Below are positions 46,367-54,658 of a stretch of 64,000 nt of DNA, piece after piece (within the stretch, counting starts at the first letter, position 1; every line of letters begins with the position of its first letter). The position numbers and the translations under genes were made by a program. The stretch is from Spirulina sp. (GTDB lineage: Bacteria > Cyanobacteriota > Cyanobacteriia > Phormidesmidales > Phormidesmidaceae). The stretch covers positions 32,001-96,000 of the forward strand of contig JBIPSI010000003.1 in assembly GCA_044070495.1 (NCBI GenBank), in the 5' to 3' direction. Below the pieces are notes generated by a model. The model was not told the origin of the DNA. It made no database searches and saw only the letters and a list, made by a program, of their open reading frames with translations.

Positions 46367-46891
46367 ATGCCATCCGTACCTATCTGGACGCTCAACGATG
46401 CTGTGCCCTGGATTGAGGGCGAAGCCTTTGACTCCCATGCCGAAACCATCCAAATCGAACCGATTGAGTTTGGCAAGAGTGAGGAAAAGCGCCTCGGCCT
46501 CATGGGTACCCCCAAGGTCAACTTTCAGTTCGAGCCTGTGATCATGAAGATCGTCTGGCGGTCGCCCTTGCCGCAGTGGTCACTTCTGACCGCCGATCCC
46601 TTCACTGGGCTAAACATCCAGTTCCTCGGCAACATTTCCGTGGACGATGCAGCGGGCCGAGTCGATGAGCGACCGTACCTCATCGAGGCGACCGCCATCC
46701 CCGACCAACACGACACGGGGGAAATCGAAATTGGCGAAACGCCCACCTACGAAACCACCTTCAACTGCACCACCCTGCGGCAGGTGATCGATGGCCAGGA
46801 AATCTTTAACTTCAACCTCTATGCCTACGTCTACGAGGTGAACGGGGTTGATCTGATGGCCGCACGGCGCGGCAACCTGGGGATCGGCTAA
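46367..46891 (+). CDS. Major tail tube protein
   Basis: About 175 aa directly after the sheath; C-terminal IDGQEIF......VNGVDLMA..R.NLG. Confidence 0.85.
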   Translation: MPSVPIWTLNDAVPWIEGEAFDSHAETIQIEPIEFGKSEEKRLGLMGTPKVNFQFEPVIMKIVWRSPLPQWSLLTADPFTGLNIQFLGNISVDDAAGRVDERPYLIEATAIPDQHDTGEIEIGETPTYETTFNCTTLRQVIDGQEIFNFNLYAYVYEVNGVDLMAARRGNLGIG

Positions 46892-46980
46892 ACCCCGGTG
46901 CCCTAGGCGATGGCCTACCCTTTAGTCCCTAACTCGTATCCCGTTCTATACTGGGGCCATGCCGTTACCAGACCATCACC

Positions 46981-47601
46981 ATGGCCCCCGCATCCTCTAC
47001 AACTGAAGCCGCGATCACCGCACTCGCCCAGGCCCAGGAGCATCGGCTACCCAGTGGACTTACGCTGCGGCTGCGGCCCATGACCGGGGAACTCTACCTA
47101 AAATACCAAGCTAAGTCAGTAGGGTTCGCTCTTAAAGGCGGCGGCAACTTTAGCGCCGCTAACCAATGGCTCGCCACCCAAATCTTTGAGGTCGCAGACG
47201 GGGGCGACACCACACCCCTCGACCTGTCCACTCTGACGATGGGCCTAGACTTCGATGATGTGGCCGTTCTATCCGCCATCATGAACGACCTTCTTGCCCC
47301 CCAGGAACCCGATGAGGGACACCTACCCAGCGGTCTCCCCATCGAGCGCCTGAAGCCCAAGGGGCAAGATTTTTGGCGATACCAGGACGCGATTGGTGCC
47401 GCTGTAAACAGCAAAACGGGACAAGTCACCAATGGCGAGGCGCTGGTCGCCGCCAACCTCGCCCTCGCCACCAAGATGTTCGTCGTGGATGGCCAACCCG
47501 TCACCGAGGCATGGCTGAGGGGAGCCAGCTTCCAGGATGCCGCCTACCTGCTGGGCGAAGTGGGAAAGCGAATTGCGGCTACCCGTCCGCCCTCGACCTA
47601 A
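46981..47601 (+). CDS. Tail assembly chaperone (short form)
   Basis: After the tube gene; two internal LPSGL..L repeats; contains G GGA AAG slippery site. Confidence 0.7.
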   Translation: MAPASSTTEAAITALAQAQEHRLPSGLTLRLRPMTGELYLKYQAKSVGFALKGGGNFSAANQWLATQIFEVADGGDTTPLDLSTLTMGLDFDDVAVLSAIMNDLLAPQEPDEGHLPSGLPIERLKPKGQDFWRYQDAIGAAVNSKTGQVTNGEALVAANLALATKMFVVDGQPVTEAWLRGASFQDAAYLLGEVGKRIAATRPPST

Positions 47602-47759
47602 TTGCCGTCAGCCACCAGACCCACTGGCCCCTATCCGACCTGCTGGCCCTGGAGCCAGAGGATCTAGCCTTCTGGGTTGCTAAAACAGCCGAGTTTGTGG
47701 AGGCCCAGAACCAAGCCATCAAAAAAGCCCAGGAAAAGGCCAGCACCCAGTCCCGATAA
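47562..47759 (+). CDS. -1 frameshift extension of the tail assembly chaperone (GpE'/GT-like)
   Basis: GGGAAAG at 47562-47568; the -1 frame reads ...HWPLSDLLALEPEDLAFWV, typical of such extensions. Confidence 0.75.
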   Translation, partial: GKANCGYPSALDLIAVSHQTHWPLSDLLALEPEDLAFWVAKTAEFVEAQNQAIKKAQEKASTQSR

Positions 47760-47780
47760 GGTTTACAAACAACGTCATTC

Positions 47781-50700
47781 TCATTCTCCGATGGCACCCA
47801 GGGCAAGGAAGGAAGCTCGTTGAGCCTCGGTTAGGCCATGTGCCCCAGTGATGTTGGTACCTTCGTAGGGACGAGGGATTTGCCATACAGATAAGCATTT
47901 GCTTGTGCTGACTTGCCATAGTCGGAAAGTGGCATCACCACTGCCCGAAGCCAGCCATTGTCCATCACGGCTAAACACAACTGAATAGACAGTAGCAACA
48001 TGACCAGTAAATATATGAATACATTCTCTTCGGGAGATATCCCACAATCGAATAGTTGAATCTCCACTTCCTGTAGCTAACCATTGTCCACTAGGGCTAA
48101 ACACAACTGAGTAGACAGTATCGGCATGACCTGTGAATACATGAACGCACTTACCCCTCTGGATATCCCACAGTCGAACGGTTGAATCTCCACTTCCTGT
48201 AGCCAGCCATCGTCTATCTGGGCTAAATGTAATTGTCCCAACTCCGCTGGTATGACCCATAAACACTTGAGCACACTGCCTTTTGGAAAAATCCCATAAA
48301 CGTACCGCTGAATCTCCACTGCCGGTGGCTAACCAGTGCCCACTTTGACTGAATGCAATAGAGTAAATGCCAGCAACCTGTTGTGCGGAAGTAAAAGCAC
48401 ATTTTCGCTGTTTGATATCCCACAGACGAAGGGTTGCATCACGGCTGCCAGAGACTAACCATTGCCCATCTGGGCTAAATGCCACAGAGTAAACCCAGTC
48501 AGTGTGATCATTGAAACTATGAAGACATTGCTGCTGCTGGATATCCCACAGTCGAACCGTCTTATCCCCACTGCTAGTAGCCAAGTATTTTCCATCTGGA
48601 CTAATAGCAACTGAAGTAACTGAATCAGTATGGCCGGTAAACGTAGCTCCCCATTGTTCTTTCCGTATATCCCATAACCGAATCTTGGAATCTCCACTAC
48701 TGACGGCTAACCATTGTGCATTGGGACTAAACGCAATGGAGCTTACCTCAGCAGTGTGGCCGCTAAAAGTAGATATGCATTGTTGTTCTTCAATATCCCA
48801 TAATCGAATAGTTGCATCATCACTGCCAGTAACTAGCCACGGTTTATTCGGGCTAAATACAACTGAGTTAATTCCAGCAGTATGTCCAGTGAAGTTATAA
48901 GCACATTGTCGTTGATTAATATCCCATATACGAAGAGTGGTATCACCGCTACACGAAGTTATCCATCGACCATCTGGACTAAAGGCAACTGAATAGATCC
49001 GATCAGTGTGACCAATAAAAGTATGGATACAAGTTTTGTGTTTCAAATCCCAAAGCCTAATAGTTGTATCACTACCACCAGTAGCCAACCATTGTCCATC
49101 ATGGCTAAATGCAACTGAGTAGATTCGATCAGCGTGTCCAACAAAGGTATGTACACATTTTTTCTGTTTTATATTCCACAACTTAATAGTGGAATCGTGG
49201 CTTCCTGAAACTAGCCATTGCCCATCAGGACTAAACGCAACTGAACTTATCCCAGATGTATGTCCCGTAAAAGTGTAGATGCATCTTCTTTCCTGAATAC
49301 TCCATATTTTAAGAGTTCTATCACCACTGCCTGAAGCTATCCATTTTCCATCTGGACTTATTTTTATTGAGCCTATCCAGCCGTTATGACCATTCAAAGT
49401 GTAGATGCATTGACGCTGATTGATATCCCATAATCTAATGGTCTTGTCATCACTGGCAGAGGCAATCCATTGTCCGTCTGGACTGAATATAATTGAGGAG
49501 ATCCAAACAGAATGACCAATAAAAACATCAATGCATGTTTGGTTGGTAATATTCCAAAGACGCAGTTTACCATCGCGACTTCCGGAAGCTAAATATTGCC
49601 CATCTGGACTAAAATCGACTGCATGGACAGGGCCAAAGGGATGCGTCAATTCTGGATTAACCCATTGAGTATTAGCTAAGTTAAACCCATGCAGTTGGTT
49701 ACCTTTGAGGTGGGCTTGTCTGAGGGTGAGATGGGAGAAATCGAAGGGCTGAAGCGCCGTTTGAGACTGGCACAGCAGATTTAACAGATTTCCGGCGGCA
49801 TAGCCTTCATCCCAGCCAGGATGCTGGCGGATGGTTTCCAGGGAATGGCTGACGGTTTGGGCTAGGTTGGCAAGACTGGCGGCAATGGGCTTGAGGATGA
49901 GGCGGACTTGAGTTTCGCGCACGTAGTCCTTGGCTGTGGCTTGAATGAGCGCGTGTGTATGGGAGAGATCAAAGGCTTGAGTCGTTAGTTCGCAACGAAC
50001 CTGTTCCACAAATCGATCCGTCGTGAACTCCATGATCACGTTTTGCAGGGTGAACTGTTTGCCCACAGTTTCGATCAAGCAGCGATCGCGCAACCCTGCA
50101 AAAGCTCCCCGCACCGCCTGCTTGGTTACGGGCGGGTGCAGGTCTGCCATCAACTCATTTAGGCCAACGGGTTCGCGGTGAATGGCCAGCCAAAACAAGA
50201 CCGATCGCTCCAGGGGAGCAAGACGGCTGAGATGCTGCTCTAGCAGGGTGCGGACATCCTCAACAGCCGTGACATGCTCATGCAAAAATTCATCCACATC
50301 GCCCAAAAACTCTCGCTGGATGGCGGTAGCCACCAGGTACAACGCCTGGGGATTGCCACTACAGCGCTGAATCAACTCCTGTCCCTGGCCTTCCGCCTCA
50401 TCTAGAACGATCCCTTTGGTCTGGAGGATTTGCCATCCGGTCTCCGCATCCAGGCGACCGACCGACCATAGGCGCACAGGTAGTTGCGCCCCCGCCAGTG
50501 GCGTTAACTCCCTGGGGCATTCTCGACTAGTCAGTAGCAAGCAGCTCTGGTGTTCAGCACAGCCAATACGCTGGATTAACTCGCCATAGTCTTCATAGCC
50601 CTCGCGGTAGCGGCCAGCGGCTTCGGGCTGCAAGATGGACTCTAAGTTGTCCAGCACCACCAGGCAGCGGTGCTCCCGCAGGTAGTGGAGCAGGCGAATG

Positions 50701-51317
50701 ATGCGCTCCCCCAGGCGGGTGGGCAGGTTAATTTCGGTCTCCTGTTGGTCTGAGAGAAACTGAATTAACCGCACCAGAATGTCATCCAGGGGCGGCGCTT
50801 CTCGCAGACTGCGCCAGATGATGTAGTCAAACTGATCGGTCAGTTGATTGGCGAGTTTGGCGGCCAGGGAGGTTTTGCCAATGCCGCCCATGCCTAGCAG
50901 CGTCACCAATCGGCAGCGGTCGGACACCACCCACTGGTGGAGGGTCTCCAATTCCTCCGTGCGGCCAAAAAATAGGGCCGTATCAGGCTTTTCGCCCCAG
51001 TCGATTTTGGCTGTTGATGAGGTTCGGCAGTATCGGGCTGCTGGGCGAGTGAGGGCAGGTTCAACATGCCCATAGTCGGCGGGCTCTAGCGTTAGGTCAA
51101 ACGCCTGAAAGAGTGACCGAACGGAGCTTTCATCGGTAGATAATGCCTGCTTGAGAATCTTCTTGATGGTTTTGATGCTGAGCTTGGTTCGCTCCTCAAG
51201 CTCGGCCTGGGTGAAACGAGCGCCATATTTTTCCTGATCTTGAGCCAGGGCGATTGCCGCTTCTAAACGAGCCTTGCCGCGATCCGTCAAAACAACTCCG
51301 CGTTGGCGTTGGCTCAT
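47781..51317 (-). CDS. NB-ARC (STAND NTPase) protein with N-terminal HTH and 14 WD40 repeats
   Basis: FFGRTEEL, Walker A GMGGIGKT, LVVLDNLE, LLTSRE, and 14 GH...W[DN] repeats. Confidence 0.92.
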   Translation of the reverse strand: MSQRQRGVVLTDRGKARLEAAIALAQDQEKYGARFTQAELEERTKLSIKTIKKILKQALSTDESSVRSLFQAFDLTLEPADYGHVEPALTRPAARYCRTSSTAKIDWGEKPDTALFFGRTEELETLHQWVVSDRCRLVTLLGMGGIGKTSLAAKLANQLTDQFDYIIWRSLREAPPLDDILVRLIQFLSDQQETEINLPTRLGERIIRLLHYLREHRCLVVLDNLESILQPEAAGRYREGYEDYGELIQRIGCAEHQSCLLLTSRECPRELTPLAGAQLPVRLWSVGRLDAETGWQILQTKGIVLDEAEGQGQELIQRCSGNPQALYLVATAIQREFLGDVDEFLHEHVTAVEDVRTLLEQHLSRLAPLERSVLFWLAIHREPVGLNELMADLHPPVTKQAVRGAFAGLRDRCLIETVGKQFTLQNVIMEFTTDRFVEQVRCELTTQAFDLSHTHALIQATAKDYVRETQVRLILKPIAASLANLAQTVSHSLETIRQHPGWDEGYAAGNLLNLLCQSQTALQPFDFSHLTLRQAHLKGNQLHGFNLANTQWVNPELTHPFGPVHAVDFSPDGQYLASGSRDGKLRLWNITNQTCIDVFIGHSVWISSIIFSPDGQWIASASDDKTIRLWDINQRQCIYTLNGHNGWIGSIKISPDGKWIASGSGDRTLKIWSIQERRCIYTFTGHTSGISSVAFSPDGQWLVSGSHDSTIKLWNIKQKKCVHTFVGHADRIYSVAFSHDGQWLATGGSDTTIRLWDLKHKTCIHTFIGHTDRIYSVAFSPDGRWITSCSGDTTLRIWDINQRQCAYNFTGHTAGINSVVFSPNKPWLVTGSDDATIRLWDIEEQQCISTFSGHTAEVSSIAFSPNAQWLAVSSGDSKIRLWDIRKEQWGATFTGHTDSVTSVAISPDGKYLATSSGDKTVRLWDIQQQQCLHSFNDHTDWVYSVAFSPDGQWLVSGSRDATLRLWDIKQRKCAFTSAQQVAGIYSIAFSQSGHWLATGSGDSAVRLWDFSKRQCAQVFMGHTSGVGTITFSPDRRWLATGSGDSTVRLWDIQRGKCVHVFTGHADTVYSVVFSPSGQWLATGSGDSTIRLWDISRRECIHIFTGHVATVYSVVFSRDGQWLASGSGDATFRLWQVSTSKCLSVWQIPRPYEGTNITGAHGLTEAQRASFLALGAIGE

Positions 51318-51599
51318 GGGCACAGGTGGGTAGATGACAATTCAGCCCCTTCGGAAACTTAAGGGAAAGTTTTCCGCAACTGAGTTGATGATACGCGATC
51401 TTTCCCAGCCTTGCCTAATCGCTGAAAGGCTCATCAAGTCTAGTGTTTGGCAAACGGTATCGGGCACAGTCAAACTTTCGGCCAACCTTCCCCAAACCCT
51501 CCCAACTTTCCTTAGAAACCGCGAGCGATTTTGATTGACTGACCTCATCCCAAGTTCCGTTAATCGTCACTCCATCGTAAGTTGCGGAGAACCGTCACC

Positions 51600-51824
51600 A
51601 TGAGCTTTTCCCCTCTCTCTCCATCCGCTGATCTGACCGCTTTTCAGGGCCGTGGCGTGGTCGAGCGTCGCATTACCCCGACCAACCCAGGGCGAGTCTC
51701 CTTTCAGGCTTCCTACTGGCCCGCCCGCCTCGTGCAGTCCAGCATTCCAAACCTAAACCCTGGCGACCCGGTGGAGATTGTGGGCCGCGAAGGGCTTACC
51801 CTCCTGGTTAAGCCGTTGCCCTGA
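51600..51824 (+). CDS. NfeD-like C-terminal (OB-fold) protein
   Basis: G.VE..I.P..PGRV.FQASYWPA......PG..V.IVGREGLTLLV. Confidence 0.8.
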   Translation: MSFSPLSPSADLTAFQGRGVVERRITPTNPGRVSFQASYWPARLVQSSIPNLNPGDPVEIVGREGLTLLVKPLP

Positions 51825-51837
51825 GGGAGGCTAATTC

Positions 51838-52068
51838 ATGAAACAGCGCCGCTCTTGGCTCCTAGAATTGGCGGTTAATGCTCTAAAGTACTCATTCCTT
51901 AGTCTGGTGGGTTGCACCCTGGCTTACAACATCTCAGCGTATGTCCTGGAGTGGTGGCTAGCCGCTGATCTCATCGTCATTGTGTTGGAACATCTGCTAC
52001 TGCGGGGGCTGATCCTAGTTGGGTGTTTATGGGCGATCGCGGTCATTGTTGAATCCCTGAGTAACTGA
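51838..52068 (+). CDS. Small membrane protein
   Basis: GGAGG RBS, two hydrophobic segments. Confidence 0.6.
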   Translation: MKQRRSWLLELAVNALKYSFLSLVGCTLAYNISAYVLEWWLAADLIVIVLEHLLLRGLILVGCLWAIAVIVESLSN

Positions 52069-52329
52069 AGATTGGGTAAAGTCAAAAGGTATTTCGGGAT
52101 TTGCCAGAGGATCATAATGGACAACTTATCCCCGTCTGTAGCTTAGTTACTTCCGTCAAGGCCAGTAGGTACCCATCTCCGTAGCCGCTGACCATCACAG
52201 GTACAGCACAAACGGAAAAACGTCAGCCGGAAGGGGAAGGACATCATCAGGCATGAGCTAGGACGCAGTCTAAAGGGACTCAGCGCCAAAGGATTTGAGA
52301 TGGGCATTAATGCAGGATATTTCTATCAC

Positions 52330-52857
52330 TTAGCTTCTATTTAGAAAAGATTCCAGCAATACTTTAGGTAGTTCTAGAAATCCACTCGAAGCCCAGTCAG
52401 GATATCCAAGTCGTCTGGCTTGAGATGTCATTGAAAATGGATCTATACCGAAACTATCATGACATACGGCCCAGTAGTGTATGTAACTACCTAAATTAGC
52501 TCCACCAATACCACTTTCGTTGGCAGGACTGAGGAGATTTAAGTACATAAACTCATCATCGTCTGGTGCATCATAGGCAATAAATGGATTACGGAGTGAA
52601 CAATAGATCCATTCTCTGTCTCGACTCGTGCCACTATAGTCACTGACGATTTCCAAATCAACTACAAAAAGCTTGTTGTTTTGACCATCAAACTGATTTT
52701 GATGAATCAGTCGTTTTTCTAACAAGTACGTTTGCCAACAAGAGCCTTGACGACAGTTTTCGTCAATCAACTGTCTTTGCTGAGCTACAGATGATGATGA
52801 AAAGCCCATCACCACAAAGAGTAGAGAAGTAAAAAATATTTGTCTTATCATGTTCAT
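52330..52857 (-). CDS. Secreted hypothetical protein
   Basis: Signal-peptide-like N-terminus, four Cys, low GC. Confidence 0.65.
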   Translation of the reverse strand: MNMIRQIFFTSLLFVVMGFSSSSVAQQRQLIDENCRQGSCWQTYLLEKRLIHQNQFDGQNNKLFVVDLEIVSDYSGTSRDREWIYCSLRNPFIAYDAPDDDEFMYLNLLSPANESGIGGANLGSYIHYWAVCHDSFGIDPFSMTSQARRLGYPDWASSGFLELPKVLLESFLNRS

Positions 52858-52922
52858 CCTCCGTTCAGATAATAAATAAATTCAAACCGGAAATTCAATA
52901 TCCCTTAATGATTGAGAAAATG

Positions 52923-53774
52923 CTAAAAAGAGTTAAGACACAATTGAAGAAAGTCTCGCTCATTTTCAGTTATTTGATTTGACAAAAGACGATAGTCACT
53001 TAAGTTAATTGGGTAGTCCGAAGAGGAAACTTCAAAATCTTCACTTCCAGAAATATGGTGTCCCCAAACTGCTTGAGTAATAAGATTGCCTGACACAATC
53101 CCACTGAGACAGGGATTGTCTGCCATGTAAACGATTGTGAATCCCACAACCCTACTGCCACGCTTCTGGATTACGAGAACAGGATCTACTTCAGGTGTGA
53201 GATGTGGACTGGGTGGTAGTTCAAACTTATAGATGCCGTCTGGCATACGAGCTAAGTTAAAGGTTGAAGAAGATCTTGGCGGCGTGTAATCTTGACCAGC
53301 ATCAGTGATCGTGAAGCTATAGCGTCCTTGACTATTTCTTGTACGGCCAGCAACTACTGCTGAGTATTCACCACTTCGAGGCAGCATTAAAGTGATGTAA
53401 GAAGTACCTCCATTAGGATTTAACACCGAAGCAATGAATTGATTGTCTGGGCTAAAAACCATCAAGCCTCCGCCAGAGGCATTATTTTCTATGACTATGA
53501 AAATCTGTTGGCCTGCCATTCCATCGAAATAATATTCATCGAACAAAACATTATCATCTAGAGCACTATCTCCTTGCTCAAGGCTCCCGTTAATTTGCAT
53601 AATGATATTATTTTGAGCCATATAGAACTCAGGTGTATTGACTGGATCTAACGCCAAATGACTTAATGCTGGATTGATTGATCCTAAACTCAGCAATATT
53701 GTTGACATGGAAAGTGATAGCGCCCTAGCCCTAGTCAATATAATCATTGAAATAAATCTCCTAGCTAATCTCAT
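52923..53774 (-). CDS. Secreted protein with PPC (pre-peptidase C-terminal)-like domain
   Basis: GSLEQGD.....FDEYYF.G.AGQQI.I...LPRSGEY.......GRYS. Confidence 0.6.
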   Translation of the reverse strand: MRLARRFISMIILTRARALSLSMSTILLSLGSINPALSHLALDPVNTPEFYMAQNNIIMQINGSLEQGDSALDDNVLFDEYYFDGMAGQQIFIVIENNASGGGLMVFSPDNQFIASVLNPNGGTSYITLMLPRSGEYSAVVAGRTRNSQGRYSFTITDAGQDYTPPRSSSTFNLARMPDGIYKFELPPSPHLTPEVDPVLVIQKRGSRVVGFTIVYMADNPCLSGIVSGNLITQAVWGHHISGSEDFEVSSSDYPINLSDYRLLSNQITENERDFLQLCLNSF

Positions 53775-53840
53775 TATTTGAATTCTTGTAAACCTTCCAA
53801 AGATTTAGGGACAGGATTGCCCCCACTCGTCATAACCAAG

Positions 53841-54653
53841 TTAGCTGCCTTGCAAATCAGGCAAAGGAAGTAGCTTGCCATAGGCGACAAGACTCTGAAA
53901 TTGCTGTTGAAGCGCCTTAGAAATAACTTTATCTTTAATCAAAATCCCCGCTTCGATATTGCGATTATGAGCAGCTTCTGTAAAGTTGGCGGAACTGATA
54001 AAAGCAGTCGCCTCATCTATGATCACGCATTTTGCATGAAGGCAAGCCCGAAATCCAGACGAACTAGAGATAGAACGAGGATCATAGAAAACTTCTGGCA
54101 ATCGTTTGCCGGGCCATATCTTGTCGCGGAAGTGATTACTACAATCTTGGACTAACTGCTGAGGGCTATAAATATGATTAGGCCGCATCAGGTTGATAAA
54201 AAACTGTACGGTTAGTTTAGGATTATCATCCATACGATTCGCTAGCGTTTGAAATATGGCATCAGCCTTAGTATTTTGGTCTATGGCATAGGTTGAAACT
54301 AAAACACTGTGCTGAACTAATTCAAAGAGTTCCTGGACGACAACCCGTGTATCACGACTGGCGGTTCCAGGGACTTCTGGCCCAGTCCAAACTAACTCTG
54401 GTGGAGGGCGATCTTGTAACCGCTGGTTCCGTTCCTGGGCGATTGCTTCCAGTAAAGTTCCCACCTGCGCAAGAGTAAACCCTTGTGAGGTGAGATGATT
54501 TAGACTCTGAAGTATGTCAGGTAATAAAGCATCGGGGACATGCACGGTTAGATCAGCAGTTGTCAGCGGCAGGGTAAGGCGTTGACTCCGCAAGGCTTGA
54601 GCTAGGGTCTGAAGACTAGACAAGCTCAGTCGATGTAGGGGTGCAGTGTCCAT
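53841..54653 (-). CDS. drmC: DISARM phospholipase D-family nuclease
   Basis: ELVWTGP, LHAKCVIID...AFISSANFT....RNIEAG (HKD); downstream of drmB. Confidence 0.88.
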   Translation of the reverse strand: MDTAPLHRLSLSSLQTLAQALRSQRLTLPLTTADLTVHVPDALLPDILQSLNHLTSQGFTLAQVGTLLEAIAQERNQRLQDRPPPELVWTGPEVPGTASRDTRVVVQELFELVQHSVLVSTYAIDQNTKADAIFQTLANRMDDNPKLTVQFFINLMRPNHIYSPQQLVQDCSNHFRDKIWPGKRLPEVFYDPRSISSSSGFRACLHAKCVIIDEATAFISSANFTEAAHNRNIEAGILIKDKVISKALQQQFQSLVAYGKLLPLPDLQGS

Positions 54654-54658
54654 AATCT

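Larger units (their letters stand above)
7625..47760. mobile_element. Prophage (temperate, contractile tail) beside tRNA-Arg; right part truncated or interrupted
   Basis: Integrase next to the tRNA 3' end, then lysogeny, replication, packaging, head and tail genes in typical order; no tape measure, baseplate, lysis genes or attR seen. Confidence 0.9.

Noticed and set aside
44820..47759. Stand-alone contractile injection system or tailocin
   Set aside because: Sheath and tube are contiguous with terminase, portal and capsid genes, and no baseplate genes are present
47781..49650. WD40 repeats as a DGR target or DNA tandem array
   Set aside because: Repeats are divergent protein repeats, and there is no reverse transcriptase or template/variable repeat pair in the window
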